64,000 bases of DNA, taken from a virus. The stretch lies in the IMG/VR virus record IMGVR_UViG_3300047476_002078, positions 42,802 to 106,801 of that record; one strand, 5' to 3'. Of this stretch, positions 30,212 through 38,957 are shown in pieces; within the stretch, counting starts at the first letter, position 1; every line of letters begins with the position of its first letter. Position numbers and translations under genes: made by a program. The notes beneath the pieces were generated by a model. That model saw only the letters and a program-made list of their open reading frames with translations. It did not search any database and was not told the origin of the DNA.

Positions 30212-30487
30212 ATGATTCAATGCGAAAAAACAGTAGAATATACCATTAGTGTTATCCAAAGAGGAAGTCTCGTTCATATCGTAAGTCCTGAAATGCGAGG
30301 AAGAATTTCTCCACTAAGTTGGCAAAGATTTATCGGTTATCTTAGAAAATGTTTTCCTAACACCCTTAGTTGGGACGTATATGCTAACGTACCTGTTTAC
30401 GAGTATGCTTGTAGTGAAGATGAAATGAAACACGCAGTAAAATTTTTTGTTGAAGAAGAGTTAAAAGGAACAGTTTCTTTTACTTAA
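30212..30487 (+). CDS. hypothetical protein
   Basis: 91 aa. Confidence 0.35.
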   Translation: MIQCEKTVEYTISVIQRGSLVHIVSPEMRGRISPLSWQRFIGYLRKCFPNTLSWDVYANVPVYEYACSEDEMKHAVKFFVEEELKGTVSFT

Positions 30488-30786
30488 TCTTTTATAGAAT
30501 ATTTAGTTTTTAAAAACTCTGAATTTACTGTTGAATTAAATCCTATAAGATTGCACAATGCAAAAAACAGGTACATAAACTGTTTAATTTCTGAATCCGT
30601 AAGAACTGCCGTAAAAAGATTGAACCCCAATCCCAAAAAGAATATAGTTGAATAACTATTAAAGTAGAATCTATTAACTTTTGGATTAGTAGAAGGTTTT
30701 CTGGTCAACACAACCATAAAAACTATAATACTTACCCAGTAAGATAAAAATAATAGAACATAGAATACAGACATTAATTCTTTCAT
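30484..30786 (-). CDS. small integral membrane protein
   Basis: 100 aa, three hydrophobic helices. Confidence 0.4.
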   Translation of the reverse strand: MKELMSVFYVLLFLSYWVSIIVFMVVLTRKPSTNPKVNRFYFNSYSTIFFLGLGFNLFTAVLTDSEIKQFMYLFFALCNLIGFNSTVNSEFLKTKYSIKD

Positions 30787-30816
30787 ACCGTAATTTTAGT
30801 TAAAAAGGGGTTTTAA

Positions 30817-31038
30817 ATGACAGAAAAAGAAGAATTATTATCATTTCTTGATAAAACAAAAACGCCCTATACTGTTTTTAATGAAGCTGAATTTATAGAT
30901 GACCTTTCAGTTAAAAAAGGAGCTATCGTTTCTATAAGTGTGCGAAACGCTGCTAATTTTAATTTTGATGCTTATGGGACTTTAATAGGGACTTCTACAG
31001 ACTCAGCAAAAAGTCACATTTTGAGGAAAAAACAATGA
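30817..31038 (+). CDS. hypothetical protein
   Basis: 73 aa. Confidence 0.35.
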   Translation: MTEKEELLSFLDKTKTPYTVFNEAEFIDDLSVKKGAIVSISVRNAANFNFDAYGTLIGTSTDSAKSHILRKKQ

Positions 31039-31298
31039 AAGTAAATTTACAGTTAGAATTTGAAATGCCTGAAGATCAAGATGATTTTCATAAATACTCA
31101 AAAGCTTTAGATATTGCCGAAGCTTTGTATGAAACAAGACAACGGATTTTCAGACCTGCTAGAAAACACGGTTATCCAAGTAAAAAAATACAAGAATTGT
31201 TAGATTCGATGGGGGATAACGGATACGAATTAATAGAGCTTCTGGAAGACGAATTTAACTCAATTTGTCAAGAATACGGAGTATCGGAATTTTCTTAA
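31035..31298 (+). CDS. hypothetical protein
   Basis: 87 aa. Confidence 0.35.
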   Translation: MKVNLQLEFEMPEDQDDFHKYSKALDIAEALYETRQRIFRPARKHGYPSKKIQELLDSMGDNGYELIELLEDEFNSICQEYGVSEFS

Positions 31299-31303
31299 AT
31301 TTA

Positions 31304-31333
31304 CACCGTAAAAGTTTTACACCGTAAAATTTA
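31304..31333 (+). promoter_or_regulatory. two direct copies of ACACCGTAAAA motif
   Basis: TACACCGTAAAAGTTTTACACCGTAAAAT upstream of SPFH gene. Confidence 0.4.
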
Positions 31334-31369
31334 TAAGATAGCATTTTCTTAACTTTCACAGGAGGAAAA

Positions 31370-32668
31370 ATGCTTATCACTTTTACATCTTTAGGAATCC
31401 TATTATTCGTAGCCTTGATTATCACTTTCTTAGCTTTTGCTTGGAGACGTGTTGTTCCAACGAACGAAGTTCATATTGTTCAAAACAGAAAAGAAACTAT
31501 CTCTTACGGCAAAGATTCAGGTAACGGAAATACTTACTATGAAATCCCATCTTGGGTTCCAGTTTTGGGAGTTGATAAAATCATTTTACCTGTAAGTGTT
31601 TTCGATTTGGATTTATCTGGTTATGAAGCATACGATAAAGGAAGATTACCTTTTGTGGTTGATGTTAAAGCTTTTTTCAGAATCTCTCACAGTAACATTG
31701 CGGCTCAACGAGTAGCGTCTTTTCAAGAACTGTGTAATCAACTTGAAGCTGTTGTTCAAGGGGCTGTCCGTACAATTCTAGCCGCTTCAGATATTGAAGA
31801 AATCATGCAAGGTCGTTCAAAATTCGGTAATGAATTTACAGACGAAGTAAAAGAACAACTCACTAATTGGGGAGTTGAGACTGTAAAGAATATCGAACTT
31901 ATGGATATTCGTGATGCTAAAGGTAGTGATGTTATTCAGAACATCATGGCAAAGAAAAAGTCTTTAATCGAAATGGAATCTCGTCAAGAAGTAGCTAAAA
32001 ACAAAAAACAGGCTGAATTAGCTGAAATTGAAGCCAGTCAGGAAGTACAAATTAGACAACAAGAATCACAACGTCAGGTAGGTTTGAGAACCGTTGAAAC
32101 TCAAAAAGAGGTTGATTTAGCAAAACAAACAGCTTCTCAATCTATTAAAGAACAGGAAAAAACGACTGCCGAAAGACAAATGGAAGTAGAGCGTGTGAAG
32201 CAAATTAAAGCGGCTGAAATCACGAAAGACACAACTATTTTGAAAGCCGAACAAGAAAGACAGCAAGCCGTTATCTTGGCGGAAGGTAATCTTGAGGCTC
32301 AAAAACGTGAAGCTGAAGCTATTTTGGCTCAAGGTAAAGCGAAAGCTGAGTCTGAAAAAGCTATGCAACTTGCTCCAGTAGAGGCTCAGATTGTTCTAGC
32401 TAAAGAAATCGGTGAAAATGAAAGTTACCAAAACTATTTAATTACAATACGAAAAGTAGAAGCGGCTCAAGAAGTTGGGGCTGCTCAAGCTAAAGCACTT
32501 GAACACGCAGACATTAAAATCATTTCTAATGCAGGCGACCCTCAAGCAGGAATGACTAAAGTAATGGACTTGTTCAGTTCTAATGGAGGCACAGCGTTAG
32601 CCTCTATGTTAGAAGCTTTATCTCAAACTGACACAGGAAAAGCTGTTGTAAGTAAACTTACTAACTAA
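31370..32668 (+). CDS. SPFH/Band-7 (flotillin-like) membrane protein
   Basis: N-terminal TM, SPFH core, long E/A/Q-rich coiled coil. Confidence 0.6.
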   Translation: MLITFTSLGILLFVALIITFLAFAWRRVVPTNEVHIVQNRKETISYGKDSGNGNTYYEIPSWVPVLGVDKIILPVSVFDLDLSGYEAYDKGRLPFVVDVKAFFRISHSNIAAQRVASFQELCNQLEAVVQGAVRTILAASDIEEIMQGRSKFGNEFTDEVKEQLTNWGVETVKNIELMDIRDAKGSDVIQNIMAKKKSLIEMESRQEVAKNKKQAELAEIEASQEVQIRQQESQRQVGLRTVETQKEVDLAKQTASQSIKEQEKTTAERQMEVERVKQIKAAEITKDTTILKAEQERQQAVILAEGNLEAQKREAEAILAQGKAKAESEKAMQLAPVEAQIVLAKEIGENESYQNYLITIRKVEAAQEVGAAQAKALEHADIKIISNAGDPQAGMTKVMDLFSSNGGTALASMLEALSQTDTGKAVVSKLTN

Positions 32669-32703
32669 AATAATAAGTAGTGGCTCTAATTTAGGGGATT
32701 AAA

Positions 32704-32934
32704 ATGATTTTAAAAGTTCATCATATTTTTGAAGATAATAAAACATCTATAATGATTGAAGAGATCATTCCAAATGCTCCTGAAGAAAGAGCCACATTTT
32801 ATCGAGCCTATTTCAAAATAGCTAACGAACAAATGCAAATAGTAGAAATTAGCCCTGTAGTTGTTGAAGCACTTATAAATGTTAGTAATAAGATAAAAAG
32901 ATTGGAAAATCGAAATTCTGAACTAAACATTTAA
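32704..32934 (+). CDS. hypothetical protein
   Basis: 76 aa. Confidence 0.35.
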   Translation: MILKVHHIFEDNKTSIMIEEIIPNAPEERATFYRAYFKIANEQMQIVEISPVVVEALINVSNKIKRLENRNSELNI

Positions 32935-32946
32935 AGAGAGGTATCT

Positions 32947-33111
32947 ATGTCACAAAATATGCAACAAATTAATTTAAACGTCGAAAAAATGGAAGAAATT
33001 AAAAAAATTGTGGCTAAAATGAAACAAGAGGATTCCGAAGAAGGAAAAATTCAAGAGCAAACCTTGAGCCAACTGGTAGCTGTAATTAATTCTATCCCGA
33101 CGGAAGAATAA
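32947..33111 (+). CDS. small hypothetical protein
   Basis: 54 aa (MSQNMQQINLNVEKMEE...) with RBS; below ORF-track cutoff. Confidence 0.3.
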   Translation: MSQNMQQINLNVEKMEEIKKIVAKMKQEDSEEGKIQEQTLSQLVAVINSIPTEE

Positions 33112-33126
33112 AATATTTAAGGAAAA

Positions 33127-33945
33127 ATGTGTATGAAAATTGTTTGGGGAATGTTGAAATCATTGGAAGAATATCAAAGACTCGCAAAAAGGTTTGATTC
33201 TAAAATCCAAGAATTAACAAATGGTGAGGTTGGGGTTGAGATCAAGTTGTTTGATAAAGACCCTAGCAACCCTTTAAAAGATATTGAAAAAGGGTCGCTA
33301 GATTTATACCAAGTTACGACTCCTCATTTAAGAATGTTATTAGAGGAGCATAGTTGGTTAAAATGTTGGGAAGTCCCATTTCTGTTTACAAGTGAAGAAC
33401 ATTTGGAACGGTACATAGGTAGTGAATACACACAGCAAAAATTAAAATCTTTGGAAACAAATACAATACTCCCTCTTACTTATTCGTATGCAGGAGGTTT
33501 TTGTGGAATAGTTTCTAAGAGAAATGAAATAAATCAAAATTACGAGAATTTAAAAACTATTCCATTCACCAATTATGAATATGAAGACATGTCTGTTGAA
33601 GAGTTTATGGAAAACATCTATCAACAACTTCCTTCAAATATTTTAATGTATGAAATTCAAGAACTTTTAAAACTTAAACCTGAAAACAAATTTTTGTTAA
33701 ACATTGATGTTACTAAACATATTGTTGTAGCCAGAATATCAATGATGTCAAAAAAAGCTCTTTCAAGAATTCCATCTCAATACAGAGAGATATTTCTATC
33801 AACTTTAGTAGAATTTCTTAATGATGAGCGAAGAATAATTTACGAAAAAGCTAAGAAAAACGTCGAAGCTTTGAAAAAAGATGAGCATATTGGGTACAAT
33901 TTAGGATTAAATAAAGAAATTTTAGCTATTAAAGCCCATGAGTAA
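33127..33945 (+). CDS. hypothetical protein
   Basis: 272 aa. Confidence 0.45.
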   Translation: MCMKIVWGMLKSLEEYQRLAKRFDSKIQELTNGEVGVEIKLFDKDPSNPLKDIEKGSLDLYQVTTPHLRMLLEEHSWLKCWEVPFLFTSEEHLERYIGSEYTQQKLKSLETNTILPLTYSYAGGFCGIVSKRNEINQNYENLKTIPFTNYEYEDMSVEEFMENIYQQLPSNILMYEIQELLKLKPENKFLLNIDVTKHIVVARISMMSKKALSRIPSQYREIFLSTLVEFLNDERRIIYEKAKKNVEALKKDEHIGYNLGLNKEILAIKAHE

Positions 33946-34809
33946 TTAAAGATATAAATGTTCAAGACTTACCTCTTGAACCATTCCTTTAAAAAAGTGC
34001 TCGATAACTTTAACTGTCCAACCGTTACCAATCATTTTAAAACATTGAGTGTCTGAAACATTCATAACAATCTCTTCTGGGATTGTTTGAAGTTTCTTAC
34101 ACTCACTAACCGTCAACTTTCTAATTTTCTTTCTAAGTTCCTTTAACGGTAAACTCTGAGCTTCTTCTTTAGTTCCTTTGAACACTGAAGGCAAAGAACC
34201 TCCTCCACTATTTGCTCTCAAAGTAGGACTTTTTGTATCAAAAACTCTGCATTTATTTTCATTAAATCCGCCGTAGATATTATGAACGAGAATTTCGCCA
34301 GAGGGTAAAACGTCTTTAAGTGTAATATTTTCTGGTGTGATAAGTCCGAAAGGGATGTTTGTCCAATAAAGTCTATTTCTACTTTGAGCGGATAATACTT
34401 CCGAATTAATTTTAATAGGCTTAACTCCCATATATTGAGTGATAATATCTTCAAATTCTTTTTTCATGACCACATTTTCGAGAAGAAACCACTTAGGTTT
34501 AACAGCCTCTAATAAACGAACATAGTCAAAAAAGAGCTTACTTTGAGGGTCTTTAAAGTTTAATTGTTTACCTGCTAAAGAAAATCCAGTACAAGGTGAG
34601 CCTCCAATTAATAAATCAATTTTCGGTAACTTAGATGTATCAATTTTTGACACATCTCCTAAATGAATCATATTTGGAAAATTCTCGGAACTAACTTTTA
34701 TTGCGTGAGGGTCAATCTCAGAGGCGTAGTAGTTATCAACCTTTATATTCAAATTTTTTAGAGCGATCTGTCCACAACTCATTCCATCGAAAAGACTCAA
34801 CACGTTCAT
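33946..34809 (-). CDS. DNA (cytosine-5)-methyltransferase (paralog 1)
   Basis: Motif I LSLFDGMSCGQ, motif IV GGSPCTGFS, motif VI LLENV, motif X GNGWTVKV. Confidence 0.7.
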   Translation of the reverse strand: MNVLSLFDGMSCGQIALKNLNIKVDNYYASEIDPHAIKVSSENFPNMIHLGDVSKIDTSKLPKIDLLIGGSPCTGFSLAGKQLNFKDPQSKLFFDYVRLLEAVKPKWFLLENVVMKKEFEDIITQYMGVKPIKINSEVLSAQSRNRLYWTNIPFGLITPENITLKDVLPSGEILVHNIYGGFNENKCRVFDTKSPTLRANSGGGSLPSVFKGTKEEAQSLPLKELRKKIRKLTVSECKKLQTIPEEIVMNVSDTQCFKMIGNGWTVKVIEHFFKGMVQEVSLEHLYL

Positions 34810-34845
34810 TAAAACCTCGTTGTTTAATGATATTTTTTACCGTAA

Positions 34846-34872
34846 AATATAAGCAGCTAATTACGGTAAAAC
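34846..34872. promoter_or_regulatory. inverted pair TTACCGTAAAAT / TTACGGTAAAAC in divergent intergenic region
   Basis: Between divergent MTase (-) and 34924 (+). Confidence 0.4.
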
Positions 34873-34888
34873 AATAGGTAAAATTATA

Positions 34889-34905
34889 GTGGATTCGGTA
34901 TAGCC
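34889..34905 (+). promoter_or_regulatory. conserved 17-bp element (copy 2, GTGGATTCGGTATAGCC)
   Basis: 19 bp upstream of ATG 34924, RBS AGGAGG between. Confidence 0.45.
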
Positions 34906-34923
34906 TTCAGACAGGAGGTAACT

Positions 34924-35142
34924 ATGGAAGATTTCAAGCCTATTTTAGACAGTATTAAAATTATTTCTTCAATGAAACCAACATTTTGTGGAGAGATAAG
35001 CTCATTAGTTACTAAAATACTTAAAGACACTCGTTTTAGCATTAAAGAAAACCATTACACAGCATACGGTGTACGAATGGTTATCTCTGATACTGAAAAT
35101 GAACAAGATTACGAGATAACAATAAATACAATGAAAAAATAA
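34924..35142 (+). CDS. hypothetical protein
   Basis: 72 aa. Confidence 0.4.
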   Translation: MEDFKPILDSIKIISSMKPTFCGEISSLVTKILKDTRFSIKENHYTAYGVRMVISDTENEQDYEITINTMKK

Positions 35143-35679
35143 ATGGAAAGATTTAAACCCATCGGAAGGGGAAACTTTATTGACACTGTTACAGGTCGAG
35201 TCGGTGTACCTAACCAAATAAATGTAGGCAACGTAGCAAGCATAGACGACCCCTCCTTTTGGCTTCACATTGAAACAGGAGTAAAATCCCCAATCAAAGC
35301 TCTTTTAGACAAGGGCTTTAGACCTATTACCTCTTGTGAAGGTCATTGGGAAAATTCTAAGTCTCGAAGAAAATTAACAATTCTTTTCCCAACGATCACT
35401 CAAATAGAAGAAGCTATAAAATTATTTAAACCTCATGTTTTTTCTGCAACAAACAATTATTCATTTTCCGCTAACCAAGTTAAAGAACAAAATCTAGCGG
35501 ATAATATTTGGGGAAAGTGCGACAGGTGGTTTTTTATGTCTATTTATCTGAGTGATACCTATGACACAACAACTGATTTAAAAAATCATATCGAACAAAC
35601 AAATAAGAAGACAGAGCTTTTTACGGAATTTATAATCAACCTTAGTGATGAAATTTGTGAAAGTTTAAATAGGAGATAA
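35143..35679 (+). CDS. hypothetical protein
   Basis: 178 aa. Confidence 0.4.
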   Translation: MERFKPIGRGNFIDTVTGRVGVPNQINVGNVASIDDPSFWLHIETGVKSPIKALLDKGFRPITSCEGHWENSKSRRKLTILFPTITQIEEAIKLFKPHVFSATNNYSFSANQVKEQNLADNIWGKCDRWFFMSIYLSDTYDTTTDLKNHIEQTNKKTELFTEFIINLSDEICESLNRR

Positions 35680-35681
35680 AT

Positions 35682-36071
35682 ATGAAAAATGAAGAACTTG
35701 TTAAAACTGCATGTGAAAATCTTAATTTTATGTCAAAACAAGTACACCAAAATAATGTGGACGCTGGCTGGTGGACTGATCTAACTACAGGTGAAAAGAA
35801 AGATAGAAACGTAGGCGAGCTTTTATGCTTAGTACACTCTGAAATTTCAGAAGCTATGGAAGGTCACAGAAAAAATTTAGCGGATGACAAACTACCTCAC
35901 CGATCTATGTTTGAAGTGGAATTAGCAGATGCTATCATTCGCATTTTTGATATTGCAGGGGCACACAACTTGGACTTAGGTGGAGCTATTTTTGAAAAAA
36001 TGCAATACAATGCTAAGAGAGAAGACCATACTCTTGCACACAGAATGAGTGAGAATGGAAAAAAATACTAA
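35682..36071 (+). CDS. MazG-like nucleoside triphosphate pyrophosphohydrolase
   Basis: LVHSEISEAMEG and ELADAIIRIFD (EExxE/D metal-binding helices). Confidence 0.6.
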   Translation: MKNEELVKTACENLNFMSKQVHQNNVDAGWWTDLTTGEKKDRNVGELLCLVHSEISEAMEGHRKNLADDKLPHRSMFEVELADAIIRIFDIAGAHNLDLGGAIFEKMQYNAKREDHTLAHRMSENGKKY

Positions 36072-36339
36072 GCTCACAAATTTTTACAACGAGCTAGAAA
36101 AATTAAGAAAGCCTAAGAGTGACGACCCTTATGATGATAGAGTCACCCACTGTTTACTTATGCACGAATATCAAGGCAAAACACACCGCTTTGATGTTCG
36201 TGGGTGGAATAAAATAAAAAATGGAAAACTCTACATTTCAGTTGTCAATTGGACTATGTGTGCAGGTACAGCTTCGCTTGAATTAGATGAAGAAACCGTA
36301 GATAAATTTATCATTGAAGAGGATATTTTTAAGGCTTAA
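36049..36339 (+). CDS. hypothetical protein
   Basis: 96 aa. Confidence 0.35.
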   Translation: MRMEKNTKLTNFYNELEKLRKPKSDDPYDDRVTHCLLMHEYQGKTHRFDVRGWNKIKNGKLYISVVNWTMCAGTASLELDEETVDKFIIEEDIFKA

Positions 36340-36341
36340 AA

Positions 36342-36644
36342 ATGAACTTTGTTGAATATGGTCTTCGATACCTTGGAACTGAAGTAGAGGAAATAGTCGG
36401 AGCAAACCCGTGTGAAAATTCAGGTGCGGGATTTGAGAATGATGTTTTCTCATTGAGAGCTTTTTGTTGGTGTAGTGGAGACATAAAAGAGCATGAAGAA
36501 GGATGCCCTCCAAACTTCTTACACAAAAAAACTGGGTTCAGTGTCGAATGGTACAAATATCTTGGTAGATCAACGGAACACTCAGAAATATCACAGAAAG
36601 AATTTAGAAAAATAATTGCTGAGTGTTTAGAGTCCTTACAATGA
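36342..36644 (+). CDS. hypothetical protein
   Basis: 100 aa, Cys/His-containing. Confidence 0.35.
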   Translation: MNFVEYGLRYLGTEVEEIVGANPCENSGAGFENDVFSLRAFCWCSGDIKEHEEGCPPNFLHKKTGFSVEWYKYLGRSTEHSEISQKEFRKIIAECLESLQ

Positions 36645-37100
36645 ATGTGTCTCAGTTTGAAGTAAACGTATCAGAAGAAATAATTTTTTCTGTTATCTCT
36701 TTGTTCAATACAACCCCTTTAACTCAGATGTATTCTAATAAAGGTGGATGGTCGAGCCAGCGGTTTTATAAGCCAGAGGAAAACCACAAAGATTTATTGA
36801 ATCAAGTATTTAATAAAATATCTGAATTTTACCCAAGACCAAAACTTAGCGACTATTGGTTTAACGTAAATCAGCCTAACTCATTTCACATCTGGCACAC
36901 TCACTACCAAGTCAAATATTCAGGAGTGGTCTATCTCCAAGCTCCTCCAAAGTCCGGAGCTATTCAATTCCGAGAAGATGCTGCAATGGTTTCGACTCTT
37001 CAAATTGAGCCTCGAAAAGGTCTTTGTGTTGTTTTTCCAGCAAATTTTACCTAATTTATCCAATGAATATAGGGTGAGTTTAGTGTTCAATTTTAACTAA
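36623..37100 (+). pseudogene. 2OG-Fe(II) oxygenase-like gene interrupted by apparent +1 frameshift
   Basis: Frame 1 ends ...VVFPANFT* at 37054; +1 frame continues LPNLSNEYRVSLVFNFN* (RxS 2OG-binding-like motif) to 37100. Confidence 0.35.
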
Positions 37101-37110
37101 GAGGTAAATC

Positions 37111-37311
37111 GTGGATACTTATAGAGAAATGTGTGAAAAAATATATGTTGAATTAAATGAATCAAAGTCAGAATTAGATGAAGCAAAAATTCTCATAAAA
37201 GATTTGGTAGATACCTTACAAAGGATTGGATTGTATTCTGATCTGGGAGGTAAATACGCAGGAGAAGTTTTGGAAAAGCATAAAGATTTGATTTCAAAGC
37301 TTATTAAATGA
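37111..37311 (+). CDS. hypothetical protein
   Basis: 66 aa. Confidence 0.35.
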   Translation: MDTYREMCEKIYVELNESKSELDEAKILIKDLVDTLQRIGLYSDLGGKYAGEVLEKHKDLISKLIK

Positions 37312-37320
37312 GGTGAATGT

Positions 37321-37968
37321 ATGTACGTCGATAAATACGGTCTTTATAATGTTAAGCCTGTTGTGGATGGAAATCCTTCAGGTAACGATGGGTGGATTAT
37401 AACAGCTTATGCTATAAAAGTAGGATTACCTGTAGAAAGAGAAAAAATTTTACAAGCCTTTGACTTCCTTAAAAAAGATCAAAAAGGTATGCCTTTAGAG
37501 AGATTGCCAAATAAAGCGACTCCTTACCTATCTCGTGATGTAATTTTAGGATTAGTTTATCTTGGAATTTTAACAGTCAAAGATTTAGAAGATTGGGGAT
37601 ATAGTTTTTCCCCTTTCCCTCTACCTAAGTTCAATTTCTTCCAAGCGATAAAACAATTTTGGGGATTAAGAGGAAAACACAGAAATCACTTTTGGCAAAA
37701 TCCGGGCTTTGAGCAAGTTTATAGATTCGCTTTTAGTGTTCCTATTGGTGATCGTTATGCCATGCAGAAAAAGTTTGGTAAACCTACGTTGTTTCAAAAA
37801 TTGTGGGGATTTTTTGATTTCATATTGAAACCGAGTGATGATTCCTCAAAACTAATACATTGGTTAAAGTACGAAGAAGTTCCTGATAGAGATGTTTTCA
37901 TTCGCTATTTCGGTGAACAACATCCAATCACATTAGCATTTTTAGATTCACCTCTTTATAATTATTAA
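37321..37968 (+). CDS. hypothetical protein
   Basis: 215 aa. Confidence 0.4.
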   Translation: MYVDKYGLYNVKPVVDGNPSGNDGWIITAYAIKVGLPVEREKILQAFDFLKKDQKGMPLERLPNKATPYLSRDVILGLVYLGILTVKDLEDWGYSFSPFPLPKFNFFQAIKQFWGLRGKHRNHFWQNPGFEQVYRFAFSVPIGDRYAMQKKFGKPTLFQKLWGFFDFILKPSDDSSKLIHWLKYEEVPDRDVFIRYFGEQHPITLAFLDSPLYNY

Positions 37969-37970
37969 TT

Positions 37971-38014
37971 TTGACAACCTCTACCGTAAATTACTAGAAT
38001 TTACGGTAGAGGTT
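37971..38014 (+). promoter_or_regulatory. sigma70-like promoter TTGACA-N18-TAGAAT overlapping perfect 17-bp palindrome
   Basis: AACCTCTACCGTAAATT-actag-AATTTACGGTAGAGGTT; 5 bp before MTase ATG 38019. Confidence 0.5.
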
Positions 38015-38018
38015 ATAA

Positions 38019-38957
38019 ATGAACGTGCTGTCACTATTCGATGGAATATCCTGTGGGCAAATAGCTCTTAACAGAGCAAAAATTAAATATAAAAATTATT
38101 TTGCTTCTGAAATTGATAAAAACGCTATTAATGTTACTCAGCACAACTACCCAGACACTATTCAGTTGGGGGATGTGACTAAAATTAATTTTAAATCTTT
38201 GCCAAAAATACATCTTTTGATAGGGGGTTCTCCATGTCAAGGATTCAGCATAAGTGGAAAACAACTCGCTTTCAATGACCCTCGAAGTAAACTATTTTTT
38301 GAATTTATAAAGGCTATAAAAGAACTACAGCCGAAATATTTTTTTCTTGAAAATGTTAAAATGAAAAAAGAATATGAAAATATCATAACAGAATTTTTAG
38401 GTGTAAATCCGATAGAAATAAATTCTGCCTTGGTTTCTGCTCAAAATAGAAAAAGACTTTATTGGACTAATATTCCAAACATAACTCAGCCACAAGACAA
38501 ACACATTTTTCTTCGTGATATTTTAGAAAAAGATGTAACCGATAACCTATTCGCCATTCCTGATAAATATTGGAAAGGGACTAATATCGAAAATTATATA
38601 GCTCAATCAGAAAAACCTGTAGCTTTAACTGAAAGAAGAACAGAAGAAGCAAAAAGAATTAGGAAAGAATATCAGAAAAAATATGGAAGAGACTTTTGCC
38701 CTCGAAGAGGAAAAGAATTAGTAGTCAGAAAAGACGGTAAAATGAATTGTTTGACTTCGACTTATTCAATAAAAGAACACACAGTCATTGATGAAAAAGG
38801 TTTTTACAGAAAACTTACTCCAATAGAATGTGAAAGACTACAAACAGTACCAGATAATTATACAAAAATTTTGTCTAATTCACAAAGATACAAAGCCCTT
38901 GGAAATGGTTGGACGGTAGATGTAATTGCTCACATTTTTAAAGGTATAGAAACATGA
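38019..38957 (+). CDS. DNA (cytosine-5)-methyltransferase (paralog 2)
   Basis: LSLFDGISCGQ, GGSPCQGFS, FFLENV, GNGWTVDV. Confidence 0.7.
   Translation: MNVLSLFDGISCGQIALNRAKIKYKNYFASEIDKNAINVTQHNYPDTIQLGDVTKINFKSLPKIHLLIGGSPCQGFSISGKQLAFNDPRSKLFFEFIKAIKELQPKYFFLENVKMKKEYENIITEFLGVNPIEINSALVSAQNRKRLYWTNIPNITQPQDKHIFLRDILEKDVTDNLFAIPDKYWKGTNIENYIAQSEKPVALTERRTEEAKRIRKEYQKKYGRDFCPRRGKELVVRKDGKMNCLTSTYSIKEHTVIDEKGFYRKLTPIECERLQTVPDNYTKILSNSQRYKALGNGWTVDVIAHIFKGIET

Noticed and set aside
32117-32368. 83-aa antisense ORF inside SPFH gene
   Set aside because: Generated by the GAA/GCT-rich coiled-coil coding repeat. No start context.
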